NCBI GenBank assembly: GCA_964430475.1
Contig: CAYSEQ010000004.1
Coordinates: 986 to 64,985, forward strand
Source of the DNA: an uncultured Gammaproteobacteria bacterium
Lineage (GTDB): Bacteria; Patescibacteriota; Microgenomatia; UBA8517
Length of the DNA stretch: 64,000 nucleotides
Reading direction: 5' to 3'
Shown: piece by piece, positions 20,655 to 29,594 of the stretch
Numbering within the stretch: position 1 is the stretch's first letter
How the letters are laid out: each line of letters opens with the position of its first letter
Notes under the pieces: generated by a model
What the model saw: the letters and a program-made list of their open reading frames with translations, nothing else
Told to the model about the DNA's origin: nothing
Databases searched by the model: none
Translations under genes and position numbers: made by a program

Positions 20655-21149
20655 GTGAAAAAAGCAAATTACAAGTTGTCTTTCTTAAAATTTAAAGGTA
20701 AGGGTTTTACTCTTTTGGAACTTCTTTTGGTGATGGCTATAATCGGAATTTTGGCTACCACTCTTGTGGTTGCTGTGAACCCAGGTAGACAATTGGCTAA
20801 GGCTAGAGACGCTCAAAGAGAGACTGATCTTATAGCGATTTTAACAGCAGTGATGCAATACGCATCAGAACACAGCGGAGAGCTACCTGATACAGATGGT
20901 GATCCTGATACGAATAATTTTCCAACTGTAGCTACATGTATTGGGACAGATGTTGGTTGTTTTAATCTTGCGGGTGCTGGGGAGCCCGGTGAGACGATTG
21001 TGCCGGTTTATCTTGTTGAACTGCCTTCAGATCCCAAAACCGGAAATCCACCTGGAAATACAGGATATAGCATTTATGTGGATACCAATGGCCACCTTCA
21101 TGCTTCAGCTGTTGGTGAGATAGATAACCCAATTGTAGTTAGTCGTTAG
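20655..21149 (+). CDS. pilA: Type IV major pilin (PilA-like), GTG start
   Basis: KGFTLLELLLVMAIIGILATTLVVAV motif; 164 aa, typical pilin size; C-terminal Cys pair. Confidence 0.8.
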   Translation: MKKANYKLSFLKFKGKGFTLLELLLVMAIIGILATTLVVAVNPGRQLAKARDAQRETDLIAILTAVMQYASEHSGELPDTDGDPDTNNFPTVATCIGTDVGCFNLAGAGEPGETIVPVYLVELPSDPKTGNPPGNTGYSIYVDTNGHLHASAVGEIDNPIVVSR

Positions 21150-21191
21150 ATTTTAATTAAATTTTAAAATGATATAAATGTTCTAGGATAT

Positions 21192-22088
21192 TTGATAAAA
21201 TACGATAAAATGGTCGATTTAATTAAGAAAAAGCTTAGTAAGTCTTATAAAGAAACCTTAAGAGGTAATTTTGTTGACATCAACGATATTCTAATAGAGT
21301 TTAATATAGACAAGAGTAAGTTATTTCCTGTCTGTAGATATCTCTTAGAATCAAGTTCCGATAATATTGTAAACAAATGGCTGACCAAGAAAAAGTATGT
21401 TAGGACAGCATTTGTCTTAAGAGCCTTTTCTAAAAGTTATCCCTTGAATGGACTTAAGAAATCTTTGATGATTGATGCTATGGTAAACATTCTGGATGAT
21501 TTACTTGATGAAAAATTATCTCAGGATGACAAAAAGTTATATGTACTAGAATACCTCAGAGTTTTTTCTAATTTCTTGTCTACCTGTCCTGATAAATATA
21601 TATTGAAAGCCCTGGGTAAGTATATTAATAGACTCATAACACTCGCTATCGCAGAATTTGAGTTTTTGAATTTTATTTCCAAGGAGAAGAATAGAAGAAA
21701 AATTATAGACTTGTCTTTCAAATTGTTGAGTTTAAGAAGTCAAGATATTGACATCTTTGTCCAAATTCCCATGCACCTTGATAAGGGATTAAAAAGCGAG
21801 AAACTTCTTAAAAACTTCAGAATTTTTAGAGTAGTTAACCTCCTGAAAAAAGACTTAGCAGATATAGATCACGATAAGCAAAATAACCAGGAAACATTAG
21901 TGACCTACATGTTAAAAAGAAAAGATTATGAGTTTAAAGGCTTTATAAGTGATTTAAAGGAGAGATTTAAGATTGAGCACGAGAAAGTTTTAAGCAGATA
22001 CCAGGATAAGAATGCTAGTGATATTGTTCAAAGGCTGAATAAAATGTTTGAGGAAGAGCTATTAGAGATAGACAATTTAATATTCTAG
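21192..22088 (+). CDS. Hypothetical all-alpha protein (Lys/Leu-rich) with DDLLD motif
   Basis: No TM or signal peptide; NILDDLLDE and DLADIDHD acidic motifs. Confidence 0.4.
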   Translation: MIKYDKMVDLIKKKLSKSYKETLRGNFVDINDILIEFNIDKSKLFPVCRYLLESSSDNIVNKWLTKKKYVRTAFVLRAFSKSYPLNGLKKSLMIDAMVNILDDLLDEKLSQDDKKLYVLEYLRVFSNFLSTCPDKYILKALGKYINRLITLAIAEFEFLNFISKEKNRRKIIDLSFKLLSLRSQDIDIFVQIPMHLDKGLKSEKLLKNFRIFRVVNLLKKDLADIDHDKQNNQETLVTYMLKRKDYEFKGFISDLKERFKIEHEKVLSRYQDKNASDIVQRLNKMFEEELLEIDNLIF

Positions 22089-22101
22089 TCAGAAATGAAA
22101 A

Positions 22102-23700
22102 ATGCCTGCCAGTATAGTTCTTATTAATAAAATTACTGTCTTCCTAATTAATGTAATCAGCCTTACTCTCTTAGTAACGATATTATTCTCTAATCTTAAT
22201 ATTATATTAAAAAGAATTTATACCTTGATGATTTTTTTAATGTTGATTTGGGTCGACTTTGCTTTTCTTGCTCGACTTTCAGGTAGTGCAGAGGTTGGAT
22301 TGTTTTTTATCAGACTAGCCTGGTCAATTACCCCCCTGTTGTTTGTCCTTATTTTTGCCTTCATGGTAAACTTCTTTCAAGTTTACGATAGGTATAAGAG
22401 GTTAACAGGATTTCTGTATATTCTCGGAGCCTTATTCCTTTTTATTACTCCATTAACAAATTTGATAATCAAAGATATTTTTTTTCAGCAAGAGATTTTA
22501 CATATTATGTATGGCAAGTTAGTATGGTTGTTTTTTGGGGCAGTTGCATTTCTTACTTTTTCAAGTTTTGTAGTCTTAGTAAGGCAGTACAGAGTAAATC
22601 CCGCTGACCATAAATTGAAAGGTTCAATAGGTTTAATCTTTATAGGGTTGGTAATTTTCTTTGTTGCGAATGCAATTTTCAACATATTTTTCCCCGTGTT
22701 TCTTCAAGTCTTTCATCTTTATGAATTTGGTGATTACTCTACAATTGTTTTTTTTAGTCTCCTTTCTTATGCAACTGTAAGACATAATATTTTTGGTTTT
22801 AAGGTAGCGTTTACATCCTTTCTTGCTCTTTTTTTAGGTAGTTTCTTAGTGGTTAATGCCTTAATTTTTAGTCCATCCCTTTCACAGAAAATAACAAACG
22901 TCATAGTATTTATACTTTATGTGCCTTTTGGTTATCTATTGGTAAGAAGCGTTAAGGTGGAAATTGAGCAAAAGGAAAAGCTCGTACAGTTGAGTGAAAA
23001 GCTAAAAGAGCTTGACTCTCAAAAAAATGAGTTTATCTCTATGGCAGCTCACGAATTAAGAAGCCCACTAACTGGTATAAAGGGTTATGTTTCGATGATC
23101 TTGGAGGGCGATACTGGAGAAATTCCCAAGAAGGCTAGGGATTTCTTGGTTGATATTAAAAATATCAACGATAGACTAATTAGACTTGTGAACAATATGT
23201 TGAATGTAAGTAGGATTGAGGAAGGTAGGATGGTCTATCAGATTGAGAGAGAGCATCTATCAAGATTGGTACAAGCGGTTTTTAATCAATTCAAACCCGA
23301 AGCCGAAAGAAAAGGACTGAGGTTTGAACTCACCATAGAGAAGGGAGTAAAAGATTTGGTTGAGGTTGATACTGATAAAATCCAAGAAGTTATAGGTAAC
23401 CTTTTGAGTAATGCGATTAAGTATACAGAAGAAGGTTTTGTTAAGGTGGCCTTATTACAAAAAGGCAACAATATAGTTTTCGAGGTTAGTGACTCTGGGC
23501 CTGGAATTTCTGCCGAGGAACAGAAGAAACTTTTTCAGAAGTTTCATAGGGTTGAGACGAATGTTGGAAAAACAACAGGGACGGGTTTGGGACTTTATAT
23601 TTCTAGGCTTTTAATAGAAAAATTCAACGGAAAGATTGGCGTTAATTCAAAAGTTGGTGTCGGAAGTACCTTTTGGTTTGAACTACCCTTAGCCAAATAA
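22102..23700 (+). CDS. Sensor histidine kinase with polytopic N-terminal membrane domain
   Basis: HisKA H-box SMAAHELRSPLT; HATPase_c G-boxes DSGPGI, GTGLGLYISR. Confidence 0.8.
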   Translation: MPASIVLINKITVFLINVISLTLLVTILFSNLNIILKRIYTLMIFLMLIWVDFAFLARLSGSAEVGLFFIRLAWSITPLLFVLIFAFMVNFFQVYDRYKRLTGFLYILGALFLFITPLTNLIIKDIFFQQEILHIMYGKLVWLFFGAVAFLTFSSFVVLVRQYRVNPADHKLKGSIGLIFIGLVIFFVANAIFNIFFPVFLQVFHLYEFGDYSTIVFFSLLSYATVRHNIFGFKVAFTSFLALFLGSFLVVNALIFSPSLSQKITNVIVFILYVPFGYLLVRSVKVEIEQKEKLVQLSEKLKELDSQKNEFISMAAHELRSPLTGIKGYVSMILEGDTGEIPKKARDFLVDIKNINDRLIRLVNNMLNVSRIEEGRMVYQIEREHLSRLVQAVFNQFKPEAERKGLRFELTIEKGVKDLVEVDTDKIQEVIGNLLSNAIKYTEEGFVKVALLQKGNNIVFEVSDSGPGISAEEQKKLFQKFHRVETNVGKTTGTGLGLYISRLLIEKFNGKIGVNSKVGVGSTFWFELPLAK

Positions 23701-23705
23701 ACAGA

Positions 23706-24320
23706 TTAACCCTTTGACCTTGTTATCACGAAAACAAGCCCAATTAGGCCGGCTAAGGCAAGAAGTGCCGCGAGCCCTGCACGCTTTATAGCAAGGACGA
23801 GTTTTTCTCTTGTAGAAAGTACTTTGGGTGCTTCTTCTTGAGGTTGGGGTCTTTCTGGACTTAATGTAGGCGAAGGTGTTGGTATCTCTTCCTCTTCTTT
23901 TTCTAAAAACTCTATAGGTTTTACAGTTCCGCGCATCACTACCTTGCCGCTTGGAGTTTTTGTGTCACCTCTTGCCTCAACTGTGACGAATAAGGCAGAG
24001 AAAGGAGTTTTGGTTTTGAACTTTCCTTTTCCCAATCCTAAAGTTCCTAATCGTATAGGATCTTTTCCAGCCTCAAGAGGTTGTGCCCAGACAACATAGT
24101 TAAAAATAGTATCATCTACTGGATAGATAAGATTCCGACAACTAAAAGGAATTTCAAATTCTAGGTTTTGCATTCTAAGGGAAGCGGCAAAGCATTTATA
24201 TTTTTCCTGTGTGGTTGATCTTAGTTCAATCGTCCCTTCGGATGCGGAGGTTATCTTTGCAAATAAAAATAACTCTAGGATGAAGCTCAATATTAAAATT
24301 GGAATTTTTGCTATTTTCAT
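23706..24320 (-). CDS. Hypothetical secreted protein with C-terminal membrane anchor
   Basis: Signal peptide MKIAKIPILILSFILELFLFA; C-terminal TM segment AALLALAGLIGLVFVI plus RSKG. Confidence 0.45.
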   Translation of the reverse strand: MKIAKIPILILSFILELFLFAKITSASEGTIELRSTTQEKYKCFAASLRMQNLEFEIPFSCRNLIYPVDDTIFNYVVWAQPLEAGKDPIRLGTLGLGKGKFKTKTPFSALFVTVEARGDTKTPSGKVVMRGTVKPIEFLEKEEEEIPTPSPTLSPERPQPQEEAPKVLSTREKLVLAIKRAGLAALLALAGLIGLVFVITRSKG

Positions 24321-24420
24321 AGATTTTTAACTCTTTGTGCTTTCATTTTATAAAGGGTGTAAATAAAAAACAAGTTAGTAATTGAAAGTATTGTTAAATT
24401 CGCCTAATATTAATTTAATT

Positions 24421-24831
24421 ATGGATTCCTACTCAAATCAGCCTGAAAACTCTTTTCCCGGCGAACAAAAGAAAGTCGTTTTTATTGTTGAAGATGATCC
24501 TGTCCTTTTAAAAATGTATACGGAGAAGTTTACTTTTGAAGGATTTAAGGTGTTGAATGCAAGGGATGGCGAAGAAGCTCTAAAGATTGCAACTTCCGAG
24601 AAAGTTGATGTAATTTTGCTTGACATAATGCTTCCAAGGATGTCTGGAACTGATTTTTTGGAAAAGTTAAGACAAACCCCCGAGGGGAAGGAGATCCCAG
24701 TTGTTGCTCTTACTAATTTGGCTGAGGAAGATGAGAGGCAAAAAGCATTAAAGCTAGGTGTGGAACAGTATCTTGTTAAGGCGATGAAGACACCGGAGGA
24801 GGTTGTAGAGACTGTAAAAAATTACCTTTAA
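24421..24831 (+). CDS. Single-domain response regulator (CheY-like receiver)
   Basis: VVFIVEDD...ILLDIMLPRMSG...VKAM receiver motifs; start taken at the ATG at 24421 (ORF track uses an upstream TTG at 24382). Confidence 0.7.
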   Translation: MDSYSNQPENSFPGEQKKVVFIVEDDPVLLKMYTEKFTFEGFKVLNARDGEEALKIATSEKVDVILLDIMLPRMSGTDFLEKLRQTPEGKEIPVVALTNLAEEDERQKALKLGVEQYLVKAMKTPEEVVETVKNYL

Positions 24832-26492
24832 ATCTTTTCTTGATAAAGATACTTTTGGTATTCTTTTAAAACCCTTTTTGTATTGTAGACATTTGATAGT
24901 TCCATTGACGCTCTCATCATTTTTATCCATTCAGTAGGTATTCCATCAGCACCTCTTTTATAAAAGATTGGCGCTATTTCATTTTCCAGGATATCATAAA
25001 AGCTTTCTGCTACACGGTTAGGATCTAATACCCACCCTCTTCCCTTCCAGTCGACCTCGTAAGTCCAGCCGTCAAGAACTGTTACATTTAAAACACCATT
25101 GGACGCTGCCTTCATTCCGCTTGTCCCACAAGCTTCCTGATTTCCTTTAGGTGTATTTAGCCAGACATCGCTTCCTGATGTAAGGTGATTTGAAAGGGAG
25201 ATATTGTAATTTGGCACAAAGATAGCGCAGCCCGCAAGGTCGCTTGAAAAGATTTTGATTATTTCTTCTATGATATATTTGGAGTTAGGATCAGCGGTAT
25301 GGGAATTTCCTGCAAATAAAAGCTGTACTGGCCTTTCCGGATTTTTCAGGATTTTTTTGAGCCTTGCGATATCTTTAAATATAATCATAGGCTGTTTATA
25401 CTCTGCCAGGCGCCTTGCCCAAGTTATTACGAGTTTGTTGGGATCGTATCCAAAGCCAGTTCTTTTTATTACTGATGAAACAAGTTCTTGCTTTTTGTAC
25501 ATATGTATTTCCCAAATTTGTTGGTTGCTTAGACTTGGATTTCTGAAATCACTATCTTGCCATCTTAGAAGGTTTACTCCATTGGTTATTGGAAAAAAGT
25601 CGAAATCTGGCCAGGTTTTTTTTGCAAATTCCGCATGGATCTTGCTAACAGCGGATTGCTTACTGGAGATTTTGAGTGCAAAGAGTGTGGAACTAAAGGT
25701 ATTTTCGTCGATTAAGCCATCTTTGAAAAGAATATGGTTATCTATTCCCATTTTCTCTGCAAAAAACATGGAGTATTTTTCAATTAAAGATCGTGGGTAT
25801 TGAGGATTGCCAGCTGGAACAAGGGTATGATTTGTGTAGACTATTTTTTCTTTAGCTTTTGACCATGCCTCTTCAAAGGTAAGTCCGGAATTTTTCATCA
25901 TATCTAAGACTATTTCCCAAATAAGAAACTCCGGTCTTGCCTCGTTTATATGATAGATTTTAGGTTTAATACCCAATGCATTGAGAAGTTTGATTCCACC
26001 AACTCCCAGAAGGATTTGTTGCCGAATTTGGCTTTCGCTATCCCCTTGATACAAGGCGTCCATATCAGAAATCCACTCGCTGGGGTTTCCTTCAACATTG
26101 CTTGACAAGAAAAAAAGAATTGTCGTATCAGATAGTCTTACATGATAGGATTTTACACGCACCTTGTTGCTGCCAAGTGTAATTTCAAGGATCAAAGGTT
26201 TACCTTGTTGTGTTGTTGGTCTTAAAAATGAGGTATCGTGGTCAAATTCAGAATCCCGAGTTTCTGCTTTTCCTTGTGCTGTTATGTGTTGAAGAAAGTT
26301 TTTGCCCTTGTAAAGAATTCCTATCCCCACAAATGGGTAATGTTCAATCGCCGCTTCGTTAATGAGATCACCCGCAAGCACACCCAGACCTCCAGAATAG
26401 GTCGGAAGTTCATTGTCAATGGCAAACTCACTACAGAAATAAGCAACTGGATTTTTAACTTCAGGGAGTTTCATTATTTTAAAGTTTGACAA
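24828..26492 (-). CDS. Alpha-glucan phosphorylase family protein (GT35, short glgP-like form)
   Basis: N-terminal VAYFCSEFAIDNELPTYSGGLGVLAGD and overall GT35-like layout. Confidence 0.65.
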   Translation of the reverse strand: MSNFKIMKLPEVKNPVAYFCSEFAIDNELPTYSGGLGVLAGDLINEAAIEHYPFVGIGILYKGKNFLQHITAQGKAETRDSEFDHDTSFLRPTTQQGKPLILEITLGSNKVRVKSYHVRLSDTTILFFLSSNVEGNPSEWISDMDALYQGDSESQIRQQILLGVGGIKLLNALGIKPKIYHINEARPEFLIWEIVLDMMKNSGLTFEEAWSKAKEKIVYTNHTLVPAGNPQYPRSLIEKYSMFFAEKMGIDNHILFKDGLIDENTFSSTLFALKISSKQSAVSKIHAEFAKKTWPDFDFFPITNGVNLLRWQDSDFRNPSLSNQQIWEIHMYKKQELVSSVIKRTGFGYDPNKLVITWARRLAEYKQPMIIFKDIARLKKILKNPERPVQLLFAGNSHTADPNSKYIIEEIIKIFSSDLAGCAIFVPNYNISLSNHLTSGSDVWLNTPKGNQEACGTSGMKAASNGVLNVTVLDGWTYEVDWKGRGWVLDPNRVAESFYDILENEIAPIFYKRGADGIPTEWIKMMRASMELSNVYNTKRVLKEYQKYLYQEKI

Positions 26493-26611
26493 ATTTTTTT
26501 AAAAATTTCTAGGATTTAAGTTTTATTTTTTGATTTTTTGAATTTATTTAATTTATGCCCGAGATTGTTGACATGGAAGTCCTAACCTATTAAGCTTGAA
26601 AGAGAACTGCC

Positions 26612-27115
26612 ATGAATGCTTATGGAGATAGCGGGACTTACCACCTAGTAAGACCTAAAAGGAAACTCAGGATAAAAAGAAATTTTCTTGATTTATACTC
26701 TAGATATTTGGGCTTAAGTAAAGAAAAAAAGGTTTTAATTCTTCTTTTTTTGATAGGCATCGCTGGTATTTTTGTAAATTTAGTTCTTTTTTTAAGTAAT
26801 CAAGAGATTGTTGATCAGGTAATTGAACAAAATTACTCTTCAGGTTTTGAGACGCAGGATGGGACAATAGAAAAAGTTTTAAAAAAAGGAATGGAGTTTG
26901 AGGTAAAGTTGGAAGATGGCAAAAGCATAAGTGTCTCTTTAACAGGTTCTACAGATATTAAATGGTGGGATTCTGAGAAGAATTTGGAGCATCAAATTGA
27001 ACCATTCACTCTTTCTAATTTACAGCCAGGTAGAAAAGTGAAAGTTTCTTATGAAAAGAATGATTTGGACCAGAAAAACCCAATTCCTTTAACCAAATTT
27101 ATAATTATTTACTGA
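26612..27115 (+). CDS. Hypothetical membrane-anchored protein
   Basis: One TM segment VLILLFLIGIAGIFVNLVLFL; no motif recognised. Confidence 0.4.
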   Translation: MNAYGDSGTYHLVRPKRKLRIKRNFLDLYSRYLGLSKEKKVLILLFLIGIAGIFVNLVLFLSNQEIVDQVIEQNYSSGFETQDGTIEKVLKKGMEFEVKLEDGKSISVSLTGSTDIKWWDSEKNLEHQIEPFTLSNLQPGRKVKVSYEKNDLDQKNPIPLTKFIIIY

Positions 27116-27133
27116 TGACCATTTTTAGAATTT

Positions 27134-29188
27134 ATGTTTAAAAAAATGATTTTAACTAAAAAAAGCCCTTTACTGATATTTTGCTTTGCTTTTTCTGTAA
27201 TTGTATTTCTTTTTGGAAGTATAAGGGAGGTCAAAGCTGGACGTGCTCACTTACAAGGTAGAGTAGTTAAAAATGATCCCGCATGGCAATGTAAACTAGA
27301 GGCGCCCGATGTCTCTCGGTATTATTGGGGTAGTTCAAGGTGCGATCCAAGCTGGTGTTACGCGGGATCAGGTTTTGATATTTTTTGGAGGCAACCTTCG
27401 CGAGGGGTAACCTCATGGCAAAGGCTTAATAGTTTAGAGTGTGAGGAAACTAAGCCTAGTTACACTTCTGAAAATACGGGGAGTGAGCCATACGCCGATG
27501 CAGATGGGGAAGAAGTCTTTGTACGCATAGTAATGAGTGATCCTAGTGTCAAACTTGAGCATGCGTTTTTTGAAACAACTTATGGCAACAGGGTGCGTTG
27601 TATTGAAGGTCATCCGATAGATTTTATTTTTGAAAATCCTGGTCCGGTACAGGAAGTAAAACTTACAATTTATGACAATGGTAATGGTTGTAATTGGAAT
27701 AATCTTTGGTTTGATCAGCGACTAGGACCTGCAGGTTTATCAAAGGAATGTTTACCAAGTGGTGATAAGCTTAAGCTTTCCTGGATTCAACCGCCACAAA
27801 CAACTAGCTTCTTAGTTAAATTAGACTACGATTACCTTACAAAAAAGCAAGGTCCAAACTATCAACAATTTTGTGTCACAGCACCTTATCCATTTTTTCC
27901 GCCCCCGACTATCTCCCAAGAGGTGAACATTTTACCCAACACAAACTATATCGGTTGGGCAGTTGCTTCTGCATGGGGTAATTGTAGTGATCAGTTTGGT
28001 GAAAGCGGGCAGGCGGAGGATTTTAGATGTGTTTCAGTACTTCCAAGTTGTACAATTTCGGTTGATGATATAACTATTCCAGCAGGTTCAACAAAAAAGG
28101 TACTTCCTTCATTAACTCAAAACAACGGGACTGTCGATGAAGTGGAATTTGAAATATCGAATCCTGATAATGTTTCCGTGTGCGATTCAAGTAGCAGTTC
28201 CTGTAGGCAGGGACAAGGAAATTATACCGATAGAACCTCGCCTTTTGACGCCAATATTACCGCTTATTTGCCTGGTAGTACAACTTTGATAATTACTGGC
28301 AGGATGCAAGATGAGCCTGGTGGACCATATTCTTGTTCTGACACAGCCCAAATTTCTGTAACCAATACCCTTCCTTGGTGGCAGGTTGTTGGAGGGGATG
28401 CGGTCGTAAGCCAAGGGAATCTGGTTTCAAAGTTGCCGAATTTAAATGTTTGCCCTGGTTGCGTATTCATAGCAGATAATCCCCAAGGCCACCCTGGTGT
28501 TCCCTCTGCAGGAGGGGAGACAGATTTTGGGGAGGGAAGAATATCAAGTAAAGGTTGGGTTGTTGAGGATTCTCCGTACAGGGGAACTGAACCTTTTAGC
28601 TACGAATACTTTGAGAAGAAAATTCCTATTGGTGTAGAGTTAAAAAATCCAGGTAATCAATTTGAGCAGGAAGATGTTGACGATTGCGAAGAATTTGAAG
28701 GTTATTGTTGGTTTAAATACGATGGAAGTGATTCCGGAGTTGACCTAACTACTTCTGGGAGAGTTATCGATGCTAAGAAAAAGAAGGTTGTTCTTTTTGT
28801 AAAAAACTCGGATTTTGAGATAAAATCCCTTCTAAAGGTCACACGGGGCCTGGGAGGATTTTATGTAATAGTAGAGGGCGATCAAGATAACGGTCCCGCA
28901 ATAAGAATTGATCCATTAATTGGAGACAATATACTAGATTCAAATCCAGACATCGAAGGAATTTTCTTTACAGAAAGGACATTTTCAACAGGTACTCAAG
29001 GAAACGGAGGCGATAATCAACTTTATATAAGAGGATCAGTTTTTGCTAAGAAGTTCCAACTTCAAAGGGATTTGGCTAGAAACTTTACAACTCCAGCAGA
29101 AGTCTTTGAATTCGCACCTGACTTAATCCTTAATTGGCCCATCTTCCTCAGCCCCAAAAATATTATCTGGAGAGAGGTTACTCCTTGA
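27134..29188 (+). CDS. Large Cys-rich secreted hypothetical protein (684 aa) with Ig-like (Big_2-like) segment
   Basis: Signal peptide; more than 20 Cys; segment ISVDDITIPAGSTKKVLPSL...VEFEISNPDNVSV resembles a bacterial Ig-like domain; GC visibly higher than neighbours. Confidence 0.5.
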   Translation: MFKKMILTKKSPLLIFCFAFSVIVFLFGSIREVKAGRAHLQGRVVKNDPAWQCKLEAPDVSRYYWGSSRCDPSWCYAGSGFDIFWRQPSRGVTSWQRLNSLECEETKPSYTSENTGSEPYADADGEEVFVRIVMSDPSVKLEHAFFETTYGNRVRCIEGHPIDFIFENPGPVQEVKLTIYDNGNGCNWNNLWFDQRLGPAGLSKECLPSGDKLKLSWIQPPQTTSFLVKLDYDYLTKKQGPNYQQFCVTAPYPFFPPPTISQEVNILPNTNYIGWAVASAWGNCSDQFGESGQAEDFRCVSVLPSCTISVDDITIPAGSTKKVLPSLTQNNGTVDEVEFEISNPDNVSVCDSSSSSCRQGQGNYTDRTSPFDANITAYLPGSTTLIITGRMQDEPGGPYSCSDTAQISVTNTLPWWQVVGGDAVVSQGNLVSKLPNLNVCPGCVFIADNPQGHPGVPSAGGETDFGEGRISSKGWVVEDSPYRGTEPFSYEYFEKKIPIGVELKNPGNQFEQEDVDDCEEFEGYCWFKYDGSDSGVDLTTSGRVIDAKKKKVVLFVKNSDFEIKSLLKVTRGLGGFYVIVEGDQDNGPAIRIDPLIGDNILDSNPDIEGIFFTERTFSTGTQGNGGDNQLYIRGSVFAKKFQLQRDLARNFTTPAEVFEFAPDLILNWPIFLSPKNIIWREVTP

Positions 29189-29265
29189 TTAAGATCCTCA
29201 ATAAGGTTAGTATAGTTTTAAAAAGTAAAGCGTTTTTAGGTCATGTTTAGGTTTAGGTGTAAGAT

Positions 29266-29559
29266 TTGAAGATAATGAGTCAAGATAACCTTGCAAGAAT
29301 TAACGATTTTTTGAAATTTGCAGGATTTTCAGGATTTTTAGTTGCTTCGACAATTTTTTTAGGTTGGAGCTATCATATCTTCCGAGGTTTTCTTGGTGTT
29401 GGAAAAATTGAGAAGCTTTGGTGGATTTTTCTAGTTGTTTCGCTTTTTTCGCTTGGAGTTTTTATATTTATTTTCAATTTTTTCTTCGGAGGCCTAGGTG
29501 GTGCGAGTTTAAGGGAAAAAGGTGAGATTATCTTAAGCATCTTTGCAGTGAAAAGGTAA
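29266..29559 (+). CDS. Small membrane protein
   Basis: 97 aa with two hydrophobic helices. Confidence 0.35.
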   Translation: MKIMSQDNLARINDFLKFAGFSGFLVASTIFLGWSYHIFRGFLGVGKIEKLWWIFLVVSLFSLGVFIFIFNFFFGGLGGASLREKGEIILSIFAVKR

Positions 29560-29594
29560 AAGGGAATTAAAAAAAGCTTACTTAACTAATCTTT

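Noticed and set aside
25255-25803. 182-aa plus-strand ORF
   Set aside because: Antisense to the alpha-glucan phosphorylase gene, with no features, so it is spurious.
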